A stretch of 64,000 bases of DNA from an uncultured Planctomycetota bacterium (GTDB lineage Bacteria > Planctomycetota > Planctomycetia > Isosphaerales > Isosphaeraceae), in contig CAWJTV010000007.1 in assembly GCA_963845755.1 (NCBI GenBank), positions 11,925-75,924 of the forward strand, read 5' to 3'. Below are positions 44,316 through 55,387 of the stretch, piece by piece (position 1 is the stretch's first letter; every line of letters starts with the position of its first letter). The translations under genes were made by a program, and so were the position numbers. The notes under the pieces are model-generated. The model was not told where the DNA came from. It searched no databases and was given only the letters and a program-made list of their open reading frames with translations.

Positions 44316-44948
44316 TTAGAATCCTTCGGTGAGGGTCTCCAGGATCTCCTTCAGATGCGCCGATTTCTTCTTGAAGTGAAACTCGATCATCGGGAATCCT
44401 GCCGCAATCCCAATGCCCGGGTCCACATCTACGAAGAGAGCACCCGTCTTGCAGGCGTTCACTATCAACTGCATGACGAGACCCGCGATTTTCTTCAACT
44501 TCCTCCACAGTCTCATCAAGAAGAATCCGTCCTTTGTTGGTGGCGCCGGTGCATGTGGGGCAGGGGCGGCAGGCGCCGCTGGAATAAGTTTAGGATCAAA
44601 ATCGGTCAGCCCGAGTTCGTGATAGCGCGTGAGCGTATCCTGCAAACTGCTGCCACTTTTGACCGATTCCAGCACATTCTGAATGATGAAGGCCCTCGCC
44701 TGGATATCGTTCAGCGCCTTCAGTCCGTTCCTCACGATGTCCGCCGGCTTGTATTCGCCGAAGAACGCCAGTTTTTCCAGCGTGTCCACAAGGAAGTTGT
44801 CTTGCTCTTTCTCGAAGGATTCTTGCAAGGGTGTGTCGCGGGAGGAGGATGATACGAACTTCCGAACCGCATCGACCGTCTGCTTTGCATCTTCTATGAT
44901 CTTGGAGTGATTCTTTTCCGCGATCTCGCGGGGTTGAAGATCTGCCAT
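44316..44948 (-). CDS. Hypothetical protein (lower GC)
   Basis: 210-aa ORF with GGAGGAG RBS and natural composition. Confidence 0.7.
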   Translation of the reverse strand: MADLQPREIAEKNHSKIIEDAKQTVDAVRKFVSSSSRDTPLQESFEKEQDNFLVDTLEKLAFFGEYKPADIVRNGLKALNDIQARAFIIQNVLESVKSGSSLQDTLTRYHELGLTDFDPKLIPAAPAAPAPHAPAPPTKDGFFLMRLWRKLKKIAGLVMQLIVNACKTGALFVDVDPGIGIAAGFPMIEFHFKKKSAHLKEILETLTEGF

Positions 44949-45138
44949 GGTCGGGAATCTCCTCCGATACGAATGGCGAAAGGCGTACCCGGGAGTAGAC
45001 TGCTTACGATAAACGCGATCCGGATGCTTATGATGCCAACTACGTCTCGCTTATTCAAGACATGAGCCAACTCTCGCCTTCCCTCTCCGAGCGGACCAAG
45101 GATCCTCTCCCGGAAACATGCTCGACCACACGCCGACA

Positions 45139-45420
45139 TCACTCCGGCGTGAGCGCTTCGTTGAACACCCAGGCCAACCTCACGCCAGCCTGATACAACC
45201 GCCGTTTCGCCACTGGTAGATTCTTCTCTTGGTACGCATCCCCGAGCTTGGCACCAGGCTTCATCCGCTGGCCCGTCCCCGGGTCCTGGTAGGCTTCCCG
45301 GGCCGCCAGCAGGGATTCCCGTCGCCCAATCCTCGACCGAGCCGCCCTGAGCCTTCTGGCGGGCTTCTGGCGTGTCCAAGACGGTCAGATCGCCGAGCCG
45401 GGTGTCCTCGGTCCGCCCGA
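45139..45420 (-). pseudogene. C-terminal fragment of an S1/P1 nuclease
   Basis: GSVEDWAT(E)SLLAAREAYQ..LGDAYQEKNLPVAKRRLYQAGVRLAWVLNEA across a frameshift; no N-terminus. Confidence 0.7.
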
Positions 45421-45592
45421 CGTCTTCATTGGTGCTGGTGTCCCGAGCGCGGTATATGCCGGAGCCCGGCTGATGCACCTGACGGGGGTATGGTTACCGT
45501 CCCCGTCGTGGTGGTATCGCTGAGAGCTAAGAGAGAGCAGGCCAACCACGGCCGCAGCCGTGGCCAGCCCGCCTGGTGATCGTGCAATGCCA

Positions 45593-45919
45593 TCAAGGTC
45601 GGTAGAACCTGTGCTTCCGCACCAGGTGATCTCCGAACGCGAGGCCGCCCCCGAATCCGAAGATTGCCCCCAGCGGCCCGGCCAGGTTCCACCCCACCGC
45701 ACCGCCGATCAGCCCCATCGCGATCCTGTACCACGCGCTGAAGCCGTTGAAGAGCTTCCGGCGATCACGACCACGGATATCCGGGAAGATCCAGTCGTAG
45801 ACGTGCCTCGCCCCGAAATCCTGAAACGAATTGGGCCGGACCTGGTACCCGCCGCGGTAATGATGCGGCGGTCGCCGGCCCGGCCGCTTCTTGCGTCGAT
45901 TGGGATAAGGTCTTCCCAC
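45593..45919 (-). CDS. Small membrane hypothetical protein
   Basis: Adjacent to 45920; Gly-rich TM segments. Confidence 0.5.
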   Translation of the reverse strand: MGRPYPNRRKKRPGRRPPHHYRGGYQVRPNSFQDFGARHVYDWIFPDIRGRDRRKLFNGFSAWYRIAMGLIGGAVGWNLAGPLGAIFGFGGGLAFGDHLVRKHRFYRP

Positions 45920-46471
45920 TCAAACCCCCTCTCCGGCTGGCGGGATCGCCAGTGCCTCGCGCTCGAGCTGGGTCGGCTCGTCGCCGAGCAACTCTCCGAC
46001 CTTGGTCCAGAGCTGGCGGATCTGGGCCGGAGAACAGGCCAGCCAGACGGTGTCGAGCAAACGATCCTTCTCGGCGCGAAGCTGGAGAATCCGGCGGCCG
46101 ATCTCGTGCTCGGCCAGCAGCTCGTCCTCGTGAACCGCCTGCCGATGGGAAACAGCCCTGGTGACCTCGGTCTCGTGGCGGCCGTAATAGACCTCCTCGA
46201 TCCGGTCGATGTTCACGCCGCGCAACCGAGCGAGCATGGCCCGGTGGGCCTGCCGCTCGCGGCGGTCGAGCTCCTCCTTGTGGGCGGCGACCTGGTCGAG
46301 TTCCGCCTGGAATCCGGCCAGTCCCAGCGACGTCAGGGCACGCCCTCGAGCCGAGACCTTGATCCGGTCCATCAGGCCCGGGTCGCCAGCCAGGATCGCC
46401 TCGATCCGCCGATTGATCTTGACCTCGATCCGGTCGCGCCAATGTGTCTTTTCCGCGACGGTCAAACCCAT
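45920..46471 (-). CDS. Conserved-looking hypothetical protein of the ICE/phage-like cluster
   Basis: MGLTVAEKTHWRDRI..EKDRLLDTVWLACSPAQIRQLW. Confidence 0.75.
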   Translation of the reverse strand: MGLTVAEKTHWRDRIEVKINRRIEAILAGDPGLMDRIKVSARGRALTSLGLAGFQAELDQVAAHKEELDRRERQAHRAMLARLRGVNIDRIEEVYYGRHETEVTRAVSHRQAVHEDELLAEHEIGRRILQLRAEKDRLLDTVWLACSPAQIRQLWTKVGELLGDEPTQLEREALAIPPAGEGV

Positions 46472-46530
46472 GTCAGTTCCTCGCGATGAAGGTGGTTCTG
46501 GGTTGTTCTCGACGCCTTCCTGATGGCCGC

Positions 46531-47016
46531 TCAGATCTGGCTAGCGGTCTTGAGCGTGTCGATCAGGTCGGACGCTTGCTTGAGCGACAGGTCCTCGATG
46601 TGTTCGACACCGAACTCTTGACGGATCAGCCCATCAAGGTCCGCATTCTGACGACGGGCGATCGAGCGAATCGCCCGGATCTGGTTCTCGGTCGCCGGCT
46701 TGCGGGCCCGAGGTCGCCCTGTCGGCTGAGGGTCGGTGCGACCGTTGCCGTTGACATGGCCATTGGGGGTGTGAAGGGGCGGCGATGCCGGCGGGTCCTG
46801 CAGCCTCGCGACCGGCGCCTGCAAGCGGGTCAGCTCGTCATGCACAGCCTGATGCGCGGCGACGTAGGCGCTGCGGACCCGGGCGTGGAAGCCGTCCAGG
46901 TCACGTTCCAGCAGGCCAAAATCCATCTCCAGTTCGAGATTGCACGAGGCCCCGACCGAGCCATAATCCGGCTGGCTGACCTTGCGCGACACCCCCACGT
47001 TCAATTTCAAGGACAT
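46531..47016 (-). CDS. Hypothetical protein (C-terminal ATENQIRAI..LSLKQASDLID motif)
   Basis: 161-aa ORF within the operon. Confidence 0.75.
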   Translation of the reverse strand: MSLKLNVGVSRKVSQPDYGSVGASCNLELEMDFGLLERDLDGFHARVRSAYVAAHQAVHDELTRLQAPVARLQDPPASPPLHTPNGHVNGNGRTDPQPTGRPRARKPATENQIRAIRSIARRQNADLDGLIRQEFGVEHIEDLSLKQASDLIDTLKTASQI

Positions 47017-47421
47017 CGATGTGGTTCTCCACCGGTTAGGAATTGGATCTGAGCGATCGGAGGTACTGGCTGTGATCCCTCGGGATCAACCGGCGGTCTC
47101 GACCAGCCGGAGCTGGCGGAGCGACTTGAGGGTCTCGTTGACGAGTCGCGACTGCTTGCGCTGTCGCCTCAGTCCGGAGATCAGCCGGACCGTCCGGGAC
47201 CTCGCGTCGGCCAGTGCAACGTGCAGCGACTCGGCCTCCGCGATCAGAGCCGCCAGGCTGATGCCGGGTTGATCGCTGCCCGCGGGACTGGCGGTCTCAA
47301 CCGGTCTCGCCGGTGTGTGGCCATTGGCCCCGGCCGCGGTCGCCGAATGGTGGCCATTGGCCTCGGCCGTCCGCGACGGGTCGTGACCATTGCGGCGCAC
47401 GGCCTCGGACGCCGGCCTCCG

Positions 47422-49091
47422 AGGCTGTGATTCTTTGGCGTTCTGTGGTTGTCCAGTTATCAGGCGGGCTCGATCCCGGTCTGGCCGCCGATGATCTCAT
47501 CGCGGCCGACCCACCGGACGATTTTCTCAATCAACCCTCCTGGGAGGGCCAGAACACCCACGGATCCGGACTGTTTCCCCCGATTCGCCTTCAAACCGCT
47601 GTTTGGGCCGCCTCAGCGCGCAGTCTCTCCCCGACCACGAGATTATGAGCAATTGCATACAACAATGCGATGATGCGACAACGCGGCCGACCCCGCACCG
47701 GCATCTGCCGCAACCCCCGGTTGCGACATTGCGCGTTGACCCACTCCGCCGTCTGGCCGCGCAGTTTATAGATCGTCTTGGCCGCCTCGGTCCCCATCCG
47801 GATGCGCCAGTTGGCTATCGCCTCCGAGTCCCCTTTCTTGGGGACAAACGGATTCTTGCCTTGTTCCTCTTGCTTCTTCTGGTTCTTCAGCGGCGCGTAC
47901 ACCGTGCAGCCGCACGCATCGGCCTGCTCGATGGTGTCGATCGTCGCGAATCCCCCATCGACCAATGCCTCGTCAGGCACATGCTCATAGCGTTCTTTCA
48001 ATTGATCGAGCATCGTCGGCAGTTGATGGCCATCGGTCCCCTCGTTGGTCACCTCGACACCCGCGATCACCCCGCTGGCCGTGTCGGTCGCGAATTGCAC
48101 GTTAACAGCCGGCCGCGTGCCCCCATCGGCCATCTTCATGTCCCGGGCCACGGGATCGGTGGTCGAAGCCCGAGCCTCCCGGGCCTTGCGGCCACTCTGC
48201 TCGGCTGTGGACTCGCGTTGCCGTTGCAACTCCTCGCAGTTCTGCATCGCCTCTTCGATCCGCCGCTGGCGCTCCCGCGCCGCACGCTCCTGCGCCGCAC
48301 GCTGCGCCGGCGTGCGCCGGGGCCTCTCATCCTCACCAGGGCAGTCCTCCTGCTCGGCCAGTTTCTTCAGCGCCTCGACCTGCTGTCGCGCCGCGTCCAG
48401 CGCCTCCTCCAAGGTGGCCGCGCGATGGAACGAATCCCCAGCGGCATTGGCCCGGACCTTCATGCCGTCCTGGGCGACCCGCTCCAGGGTCACCAAGCCG
48501 GCATCCACCAAACTGGCCACGATGTGCGTGAGCAAGTCGTCCCATTTCTCGCCCCCCTGGGAGCGGAAGTCGGACAACATGTGGTAATTGACGCTCACCC
48601 CGCCGCAGAGCCATTTGTAGGGCAAAGACTCGCGACACAACTCGGCCAGTTGCCGCGCGCTGCCAATCCCTTTGAGGGTGGCATAGACCCACAGGGCGAC
48701 CAGCAAGCGGGGGTCGGTGGCGTCGCGACCGACATGTCCCTCGACGGCCTTGATCTCACCCAACCAAGCCGAGAGATCCAGGGCACAGACGGCGGCCCAG
48801 ACCGTCCGCACCGGATGATCGGCTTCGAGCAGTTGATCGAGCGAGGCCCACTGGAACTCGACCTGGTCGCGTTGGGGGAGTCGCAAGCGGGGCTTGCCCG
48901 GGGGCAAGGCCTGGGCCGCTTGGGCGGGAGTCGGCGGCTCGGGCAAATCGTGAGGGTCAAACAGGGGGGATGTCATGACGTGGTCCCTGCCAGGCGTGAG
49001 GCGCCTGAAGCCGCATGATCCAACTGAATGCGTGGTATTATATCGTGAACACTACCCGGAATCAACCCGGATCCCCAAAAAATCACAGCCT
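47422..49091 (-). mobile_element. IS1182-family insertion sequence
   Basis: TIR AGGCTGTGATT / AATCACAGCCT; target duplication CTCCG (47417-47421, 49092-49096; 3 bp TCC if the TIR is 1 nt longer). Confidence 0.9.
47591..48976 (-). CDS. IS1182-family transposase
   Basis: LDQLL..DHPVR, DPRLLVALWVYA..GIGSAR, YHMLSDFR, AQDGMKVRANA, STTDPVAR.MK, LVDGGF, Y..R..TAEWVNA. Confidence 0.92.
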   Translation of the reverse strand: MTSPLFDPHDLPEPPTPAQAAQALPPGKPRLRLPQRDQVEFQWASLDQLLEADHPVRTVWAAVCALDLSAWLGEIKAVEGHVGRDATDPRLLVALWVYATLKGIGSARQLAELCRESLPYKWLCGGVSVNYHMLSDFRSQGGEKWDDLLTHIVASLVDAGLVTLERVAQDGMKVRANAAGDSFHRAATLEEALDAARQQVEALKKLAEQEDCPGEDERPRRTPAQRAAQERAARERQRRIEEAMQNCEELQRQRESTAEQSGRKAREARASTTDPVARDMKMADGGTRPAVNVQFATDTASGVIAGVEVTNEGTDGHQLPTMLDQLKERYEHVPDEALVDGGFATIDTIEQADACGCTVYAPLKNQKKQEEQGKNPFVPKKGDSEAIANWRIRMGTEAAKTIYKLRGQTAEWVNAQCRNRGLRQMPVRGRPRCRIIALLYAIAHNLVVGERLRAEAAQTAV

Positions 49092-50352
49092 CTCCGTGTG
49101 GATTCATTGCGAACCGGGGCACGACCCTCACCATCGGCTGCCGCGCCCGACTCGATCCGCGTCACGTCCGCGTTCGCCTCGAGTGGTGACCCGGCCCCCA
49201 GGGGCTGGACCGTGAAGACCTTCCGGTCGGCTTGGCAGACGAACGGCGAATCGCCCCCCGCGAAGCCGAACTCCGTGAGGCCCAGCCGGAGAGCCCGTTC
49301 GACGAAGGCACGATTGGTGACGATACAGAGCGGATCGCCCGTGTACCGCGACCGGTTGAGGATCAGCTCCGTGACCTGCTCGGGATGATCCGCACCACTG
49401 GCCCGGACGGCGATCCGGCCGTTGAGGTCCAGGGTCACCGGGCTGTGCAGGTCGTCGCCGCCGGGCAGGCGGTCCAGCGCCGACCCGAGGAACCGGGCGT
49501 CGACCGGGTCCAGCCGCAACCGAGTCGAGACCTCGCCGTCGGTCAGGATGACCCGTTGCAGGTCGGGGAACCGGGCCTCCTTCTGGATCTCGCAGGAGAT
49601 CGCCCAGGCCCCGGCGCGGATCAGGACGTGGGTGTCGGTCCGGCCGATCTCGACCGGCTGATCGCGAGGAAGGGCCCGGCAGGCGAAGATCGGACGGCCC
49701 CTGATCAGGAGGTGATCCGACCAGGGAAAAGTGAAGCCCGAGCGGACCAGCCCCTGGCGTCCATCCGTGGCCAGGACCTTGCCCTGGTTCCCCTGGAGCT
49801 GGATGCAGTTCAGATCGTAGCGCGGCGAGTCGGGGATGCCGATCTCGGTCGCCACGGCCAGGGCGTCCAGCAAGTCGCCCGGATTCGATGCCCAGGTCGC
49901 GGGTAACGCCGGCATCGGCTCCACGCGATCGACGGGCGTGATGATGTTGTACTCCTTGTGCTGTGGGATGCCGCGATCATCCCAGCGGACGACGGTTCGA
50001 TCGGGGGCGACGGATTCGAGGACAACGGGCGAGTCGGCGGGGCCTTCGAAGTCCGCCAGGGCGTCGAGCGGGATGGCAATACTCGTTGCAGGCCGGTCGC
50101 TACCCGGCTCGACGTGCTCGATTGCCAGGTCGCAGTACCGATATTGCGCCCGTAGTTGACCCCCTTCGGCGCGGAGCACGAGCTCGGAGACGATCCCCCG
50201 ATGGCTGATGCCCAGGGCCGCGCGGCGGAAGGCGACACGGAGCCGACGGACCTGGTTTCGGGTCAAGGTGATCATTCAGGAAGACTCCTGGTGGGGTGTA
50301 TCGTGGTCGATGAATGAAACGAGCTACGGTGACAGGGCTGGTGCTTTGGCGG

Positions 50353-50670
50353 TCAGGTGGGGATGTAGCGGCGCCGGGCCGGGGTCGGGCTCACGGCCGT
50401 TCGCGAGCTGGCCGGGAAGACGTCGCGGTCCTCGAACTCGAAATAGACGTCGCAGCCATGGCACTCGGCCAGGGCGTTCGAGCCGTCGCGGGATCGGCCG
50501 GGATACGAGACCTGGCCGCTGCAGAATGGGCAGTGGACGACCAGGCGGATCTCCTCGGCGACGGGCTCCTCACTCGGCTCGACCAGGAGGCGGAATCCGA
50601 GGCGGCGGATGACGGATAGCGGTTCGCCGGTACGCGCGGCGATCGAACGAATAAGCTGGGTCCGGGTCAT
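50353..50670 (-). CDS. Small HU-like N-terminus + CxxC..CxxC Zn-ribbon protein
   Basis: MTRTQLIRSIAARTGE; CPFC..CHGC. Confidence 0.6.
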   Translation of the reverse strand: MTRTQLIRSIAARTGEPLSVIRRLGFRLLVEPSEEPVAEEIRLVVHCPFCSGQVSYPGRSRDGSNALAECHGCDVYFEFEDRDVFPASSRTAVSPTPARRRYIPT

Positions 50671-50847
50671 GGTGTTACTCCTCCCGGGCCGGCCTGGTGC
50701 CCCGCAGCCCGGCGCGCACCCGCCTCCCGGCCAGGGCGCACCGGGAGGGGGCACTGCGGGGCCGGACGCGGGTTGTGGTTCAGGGTAGTGAACGTAAGGG
50801 CGGCCGGATGCCGGCCGCGGGAAGGTCGAACGAAGAAGAGCAGGGTT

Positions 50848-51093
50848 TCAGACGGAGCCGTTCAGCCAGTGGCGTTCCAGCCAATCGTGCTCGGCCTGCA
50901 AGGCCTCGCTGCGACGGTCGAACGGACCGAGCACGGGGCCGCCCCCCGGCGTCAGGTCGGCCCGCCAGCAGCCCTGGTCGTCGGGCTCGACCTGGCTGGC
51001 CCGGGTGATCGTGGGACGGCCCAGCACGCTGAGATCGATCATCTCGTCGTAGATCGCCAGGACCGTACCGTCGGGCTTGACGAGCAATTTCAC
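50848..51093 (-). CDS. Small conserved-looking hypothetical protein
   Basis: KPDGTV.AIYDE.IDL..LG...I.RASQVEPD..G.W.ADL.P.GGPVLGPF; coupled to the upstream stop. Confidence 0.75.
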   Translation of the reverse strand: MKLLVKPDGTVLAIYDEMIDLSVLGRPTITRASQVEPDDQGCWRADLTPGGGPVLGPFDRRSEALQAEHDWLERHWLNGSV

Positions 51094-51571
51094 GATTCAG
51101 ACTCCGAGGTCGGCGTGTTGCGGAGGATCCGTCGCCGCGGCCGGTCGACCAGCAGGGCGTCGAGCGACGACTGAACCCGAGAGAGCTGGGTGGCCACCTG
51201 GCTCCGGATCGCGTCGCTGTCGCGCAGATCCTGCGCGCCGACATTTCGTACGGCCCGCTGGGCCTGGGCCACCAGGTCGTCGAGCTGCTGATTGGACCGG
51301 ACGTTCAACGCCGATTTCCGCGGAGGGGAAACCGACTGACATTCTGATCGGTCTGCACCGAGATCTGTAGGGGATCGCCCCGGTCGTTGTCAGTTCCTTC
51401 CTCGCCCTCGGTTCCGTCGCCCGTCAGGTACAGAGCCGGCGATGTCGTGATGGCAGGGGCCGATTCTTCCGCGATTTCACCGCGATTGCCTTCGAATGAC
51501 CGCCGGCCGCGAGTAACCTGGCCCTCGGCTCGTCTCTGAAAACCGACTGACAACCCGAGGGAGCACCGGTT

Positions 51572-51835
51572 ATGGATGACACCCAGTACCGGGAGTTCTT
51601 CGCCCGGCCCACGCAGCCGTATCACCGCCGTTACGAGGCCCTCCGTGCCGTGTTCCTCGACGGCCGTTCGCAGAAGGAGGTCGCCGAGCAGTTCGGCTAC
51701 CGCTACAGCGCGCTGCGGCAGTTGGTCTATGAGTTCCGACGGCACGGCCGAGACCCTGGTGATGCCTCCCCCTTTTTCGAGAGCGGAAGTGCGGGCGCCC
51801 AGCCGCGTCGAGCACCGTGGCGCCGTCGCGAGTGA
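51572..51835 (+). CDS. IS orfA, HTH
   Basis: RRYEALRAVF..SQKEVAEQFGY. Confidence 0.8.
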   Translation: MDDTQYREFFARPTQPYHRRYEALRAVFLDGRSQKEVAEQFGYRYSALRQLVYEFRRHGRDPGDASPFFESGSAGAQPRRAPWRRRE

Positions 51836-53175
51836 ACGAGGATACCGAGCCCGAGACGGCCGAGGTGGCGGACCGCCAGCAACTGGTCTTATCCGGCACC
51901 GATCCCTTGCGGCTGAAGACACGCGTCGCGGGCTTGTTCCTCTTCCTCCCGCTGTTGGCACGCCTGAGGTTCGACGAGTTGGTCCATCAGGCTGGCTACG
52001 CGGGGTCGCGCATGGTCCCCGCCGACGCCGCCCTGCTGAGTCTCCTGACGCTGAAGCTCCTGGACAAGGAGCGGCGCAGCCACATCGACGACTTCAACTT
52101 CGAGGGGGCGCTGGGCCTATTCGCCGGGCTGAACATCCTGCCCAAGAAGAGCTTCGCCACCGATTACTCTTATCGCGCGGGGCCCGAGCAGCAGCGGCGG
52201 CTCTTGGCGGGCTGGGTGAAGTGTCTGGCGCCGGTGCTGCTGCCCGGGGCGAACGCCTTCGCGCTGGATTTCCATCCCATCCCCTACCGCGGCGACGAGG
52301 CCGTGTTGGAGAACCATTACATCCCCGGCCGGGGCACGGCCCACGCCAGCGTCCAGTCATTCTTCGCCCAGGAGCACGAGAGCCGGGTGCTCTGCTATGC
52401 CAACGCCAACCTGACGCGCGACGAGCAGTCGGCCGAGGTCCTGCGGTTCGTCGAGTTCTGGCACGAGTTGACGGGGCACGACCCGGAATGGTTGTACTTC
52501 GACTCGAAGCTGACGACCTATGCGGAGCTGTCGAGCCTGAACCGGCGGGGCGTCCACTTCGTCACCATCCGCCGTCGCGGGGCACGGCTGGTCCAGAAGA
52601 TCCTCCAGCGGCCGGCGGGCGATTGGACGGGCGCCGTCATCGACATCCCCAAGCGCCGTCAGAAGCGCGTTCGGTACCTGGAACAGCCGGTCCGGCTACG
52701 TGACTACGAAGGCGCGGTGCGACAGATCGCCGTGACCGGCCTGGGACGGGAGGAACCCACCCTGTTCCTGACGAATCACTTCGAGGCGCGGCCGCGCAAC
52801 CTGATCATCAACTACGCGCGGCGGAACCGGATCGAGGACGGCCTGGGCACGAGTGTGGACTTCTTCCATCTCGACTGCCTGTCCAGCGAGGTACGCTTGA
52901 ATGTCGATTTGGATGTGGCGTTGACGGTGATCGCCCACGGCTGTTACCGCTGGTTGGCCAGCGGACTGAAGGGCTTCGAGAAGGCGAAGCCGAAGCAACT
53001 ATATCGCAAGTTCGTAGAGACGGGCGGAGCGATCGAGGTGGCAGCGGACCGCACGCTACGGGTCCACTTCGACCGCCGCAGCCATAACCCCATCCTGCGC
53101 GAAGCCGCCCTCGACCGCGACTGCCCGCCGGTCTCCTGGTTGAGTGGCTACCGCATCGAGTTCCACTACCGGTGA
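51817..53175 (+). CDS. IS orfB, DDE transposase
   Basis: ALDFH, YFDSKL, FVTIRRR, LFLTN..YARR.RIE. Confidence 0.88.
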   Translation: MAPSRVNEDTEPETAEVADRQQLVLSGTDPLRLKTRVAGLFLFLPLLARLRFDELVHQAGYAGSRMVPADAALLSLLTLKLLDKERRSHIDDFNFEGALGLFAGLNILPKKSFATDYSYRAGPEQQRRLLAGWVKCLAPVLLPGANAFALDFHPIPYRGDEAVLENHYIPGRGTAHASVQSFFAQEHESRVLCYANANLTRDEQSAEVLRFVEFWHELTGHDPEWLYFDSKLTTYAELSSLNRRGVHFVTIRRRGARLVQKILQRPAGDWTGAVIDIPKRRQKRVRYLEQPVRLRDYEGAVRQIAVTGLGREEPTLFLTNHFEARPRNLIINYARRNRIEDGLGTSVDFFHLDCLSSEVRLNVDLDVALTVIAHGCYRWLASGLKGFEKAKPKQLYRKFVETGGAIEVAADRTLRVHFDRRSHNPILREAALDRDCPPVSWLSGYRIEFHYR

Positions 53176-54077
53176 TCCCTTCGGTGTCGCCCGGAGACTC
53201 GAGAAATGTCAGTCGGTTTCCCTCCGCGGAAATCGGCGTTCAACGAGCGGAACCGCTCGAAGAAGTCGTCGAGATTGCCCACGACGGTGTCGCGAAACAC
53301 CTTAGGCGTCCCGTCCTCGTTGGTACCCGAGATCCGCTCGGTCAGGTGATTGACCAGGCGGGCGAACTCGTCGACGAACGCCTGCTCGGCCAGTCGAACG
53401 GCCTCCTCGAACCGGGCCCGGACCCGCTCCTGCTCGCGCTCGTAGAGCCCGGCGCGAGCTGGACCAGGTAATCCGGCGGCTCGATCGAGGGGAAGTCGTA
53501 GGAGACGCCGAAGAGGCCGATCAACGTCTCGGGGTAATCCGACGGATTGTAGAGCGAGCCCAACCGGCGGGCCGCCGCCTGCTTCAGCTCGTCGAAATGG
53601 CGATCGAGGTTCGCCACGGAGTCGTCCAGCACGGCCCGGTAGTCGGCCATCTGGCGGTCGAAGTCCTCGACGGCTTCCAGTTTGATCAGCCGGACGCCCG
53701 GCTCCGGGAAGGGCAGCGAGAGCCCCTTCCAGTGGTCGCTGATCTTGGTGCGGATGGCCGTCACGGCTCGGAAGGCCGTGTGCTTCGTGTCGAGCAGCTT
53801 CTTGCCGGCGGACAGGAACTCGCCCTCGGCGTCGAACGCCTGGGCGGCCTGGGCCTTCTGCTCGGACGTCAAGGTGCGTTGCACGCCCCACCACGTAAAC
53901 GAGACCCGGCAGGCGGTCATGGTGGTCCGCAGCCGCTCGGCCGGGCTGGTCGTGACGGCGCGGTTCCTGCTCTCCGTAGACAGGGTTTCGAGGTGATCGA
54001 GCAAGGTGGACATCATACCTCCGTTCAAGGCGACGATCGCGTGCATCGACCCCCTCCGACCATCGGAAGAGGATTAT

Positions 54078-55074
54078 CGCGAATTACGCTGATTTCGCTG
54101 ACGGTTCCCTGAAATGCAGAATGACGTGAAAAGGGTCCGGACCCCGAATTTCGCGGATTACGCTGATTTCGCTGCAAGGTTTCGAAGCAATGAAAGGGCC
54201 GAGCCAAAGCCCACAACCATGCATGGCCGGCAACAGGTCAGGAGCTCGAACGACCCGGGCAAAGGCCCTCCTGGGCAGCCGGCGCCGAGGCGCAAGGACT
54301 CCACTTCGGACGACGCCCGGGTGTCCGGCCCACGTTCCCAGCCGGGCCAGATCGGGTCGGTGAATCAGGACGAACCATCCCCGGTCTGCTTCGATGTGCT
54401 CACACACCGGACTGACTCGTCTGGGAGACCGGCGATCGATCGGGGACGGCCGCACCGCAGCGTCGATGGGGACTCTCCAGGCCTCCCGGGGGTCGGTTAT
54501 GCGAGGCCGCTGGGAGGCCGAAGATCGCCTTCAGAAGCCTATCCCAGTGCCCAGTGAAGGTTGCTGGAAACGGCTTCGGGACCTGGTGGCTTCCCAGGGG
54601 AAAAACAAGGCCCTGGGCCAACGCCAGGACTCACTTCCCCGGGAAGTAATACTATTCTTTAAGTTATATTATGATTATTCTTGTAGTTCAGTGACTCAGG
54701 CCGGCTTCCCGTCTGCCCAGCCGCTCGGCAGTTCGTAGCTTCGGGCATCCTTTCACCCGGACCCCGATCTCCCGTCTCTTCGCGACCGCCAGTCCCGGAG
54801 AGCTGTCGACCGGTTCGGGGTCATCCGGGGCGGGTGCGACGACGGCAGTGTTGCTCGGCCCTGGGGAGCCGTCCCCGTCCAGGATCGGCCGATCCGCCGC
54901 AATCCTGAGCAAGTCCGCCGATCTGGCATCCCTCTCGGGCATCTCCGGGTTGCAGGCAAATGCCGACCCGGCGCCCTTGGTGCCGGATGTGGTGACGGGG
55001 ATGGGTTCTCGTCCTTGATCGATTGCTCTTTCTCACGGATCCCGGACCTGACAGCAAAAACAGCGTAATCCGCG
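54078..55074. repeat. 23-bp motif CGCG(G/A)ATTACGCTGATTTCGCTG: two direct copies and one inverted copy
   Basis: 54078-54100 (+), 54152-54174 (+), 55052-55074 (-, CGCGGATTACGCTGTTTTTGCTG). Confidence 0.8.
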
Positions 55075-55387
55075 AAAATCCCTCTGTTGGCCCCGGAATC
55101 CAGGATCGGGATCGTGTCCGAGCGGGCGTCCGATGGAGGTGCGGAACGGCCAGATGGACCTTCGGGACACATGCGGAACCCTCCGCGAAATTCGCAAAAC
55201 TCGCCCTCAGATGCTACCGATCGCGGCTTCGGAGCCAGTGTCGAACGTGAGGCCGGAGCTACCTGTGGCGGCCGGATAAGGTCCAGGAAGTCAGGCAGGC
55301 ACGACCACACCGCTCTGCTCGCCGCGGGAGTGCGCGCGGTGACCCCATCAGACCGACGATCGCCGTCCGATCACTTCTTGGAAATCG

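Larger units (their letters stand above)
47086..50275 (-). pseudogene. Sliding-clamp (DnaN)-like protein interrupted by IS1182
   Basis: RYDLNCIQL..VLATDGRQ, ARFPD; removing the IS gives in-frame RNESTRRPASEAVRRNGH. Confidence 0.7.
51311..53236 (+). mobile_element. 1926-bp insertion sequence, family not confidently assigned
   Basis: TIR CCGATTTCCGCGGAGGG(G)AAACCGACTGACATT at both ends; duplicated CGTTCAACG at 51302-51310 and 53237-53245. Confidence 0.92.
51090..54016 (-). pseudogene. Hypothetical (possibly DUF3150-like) gene interrupted by an IS
   Basis: RVSFTWWG..LSAGKKLLDT..SLPFPEPGVRLI..; removing the IS gives in-frame FFERFRSLNVRSNQQL. Confidence 0.7.
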
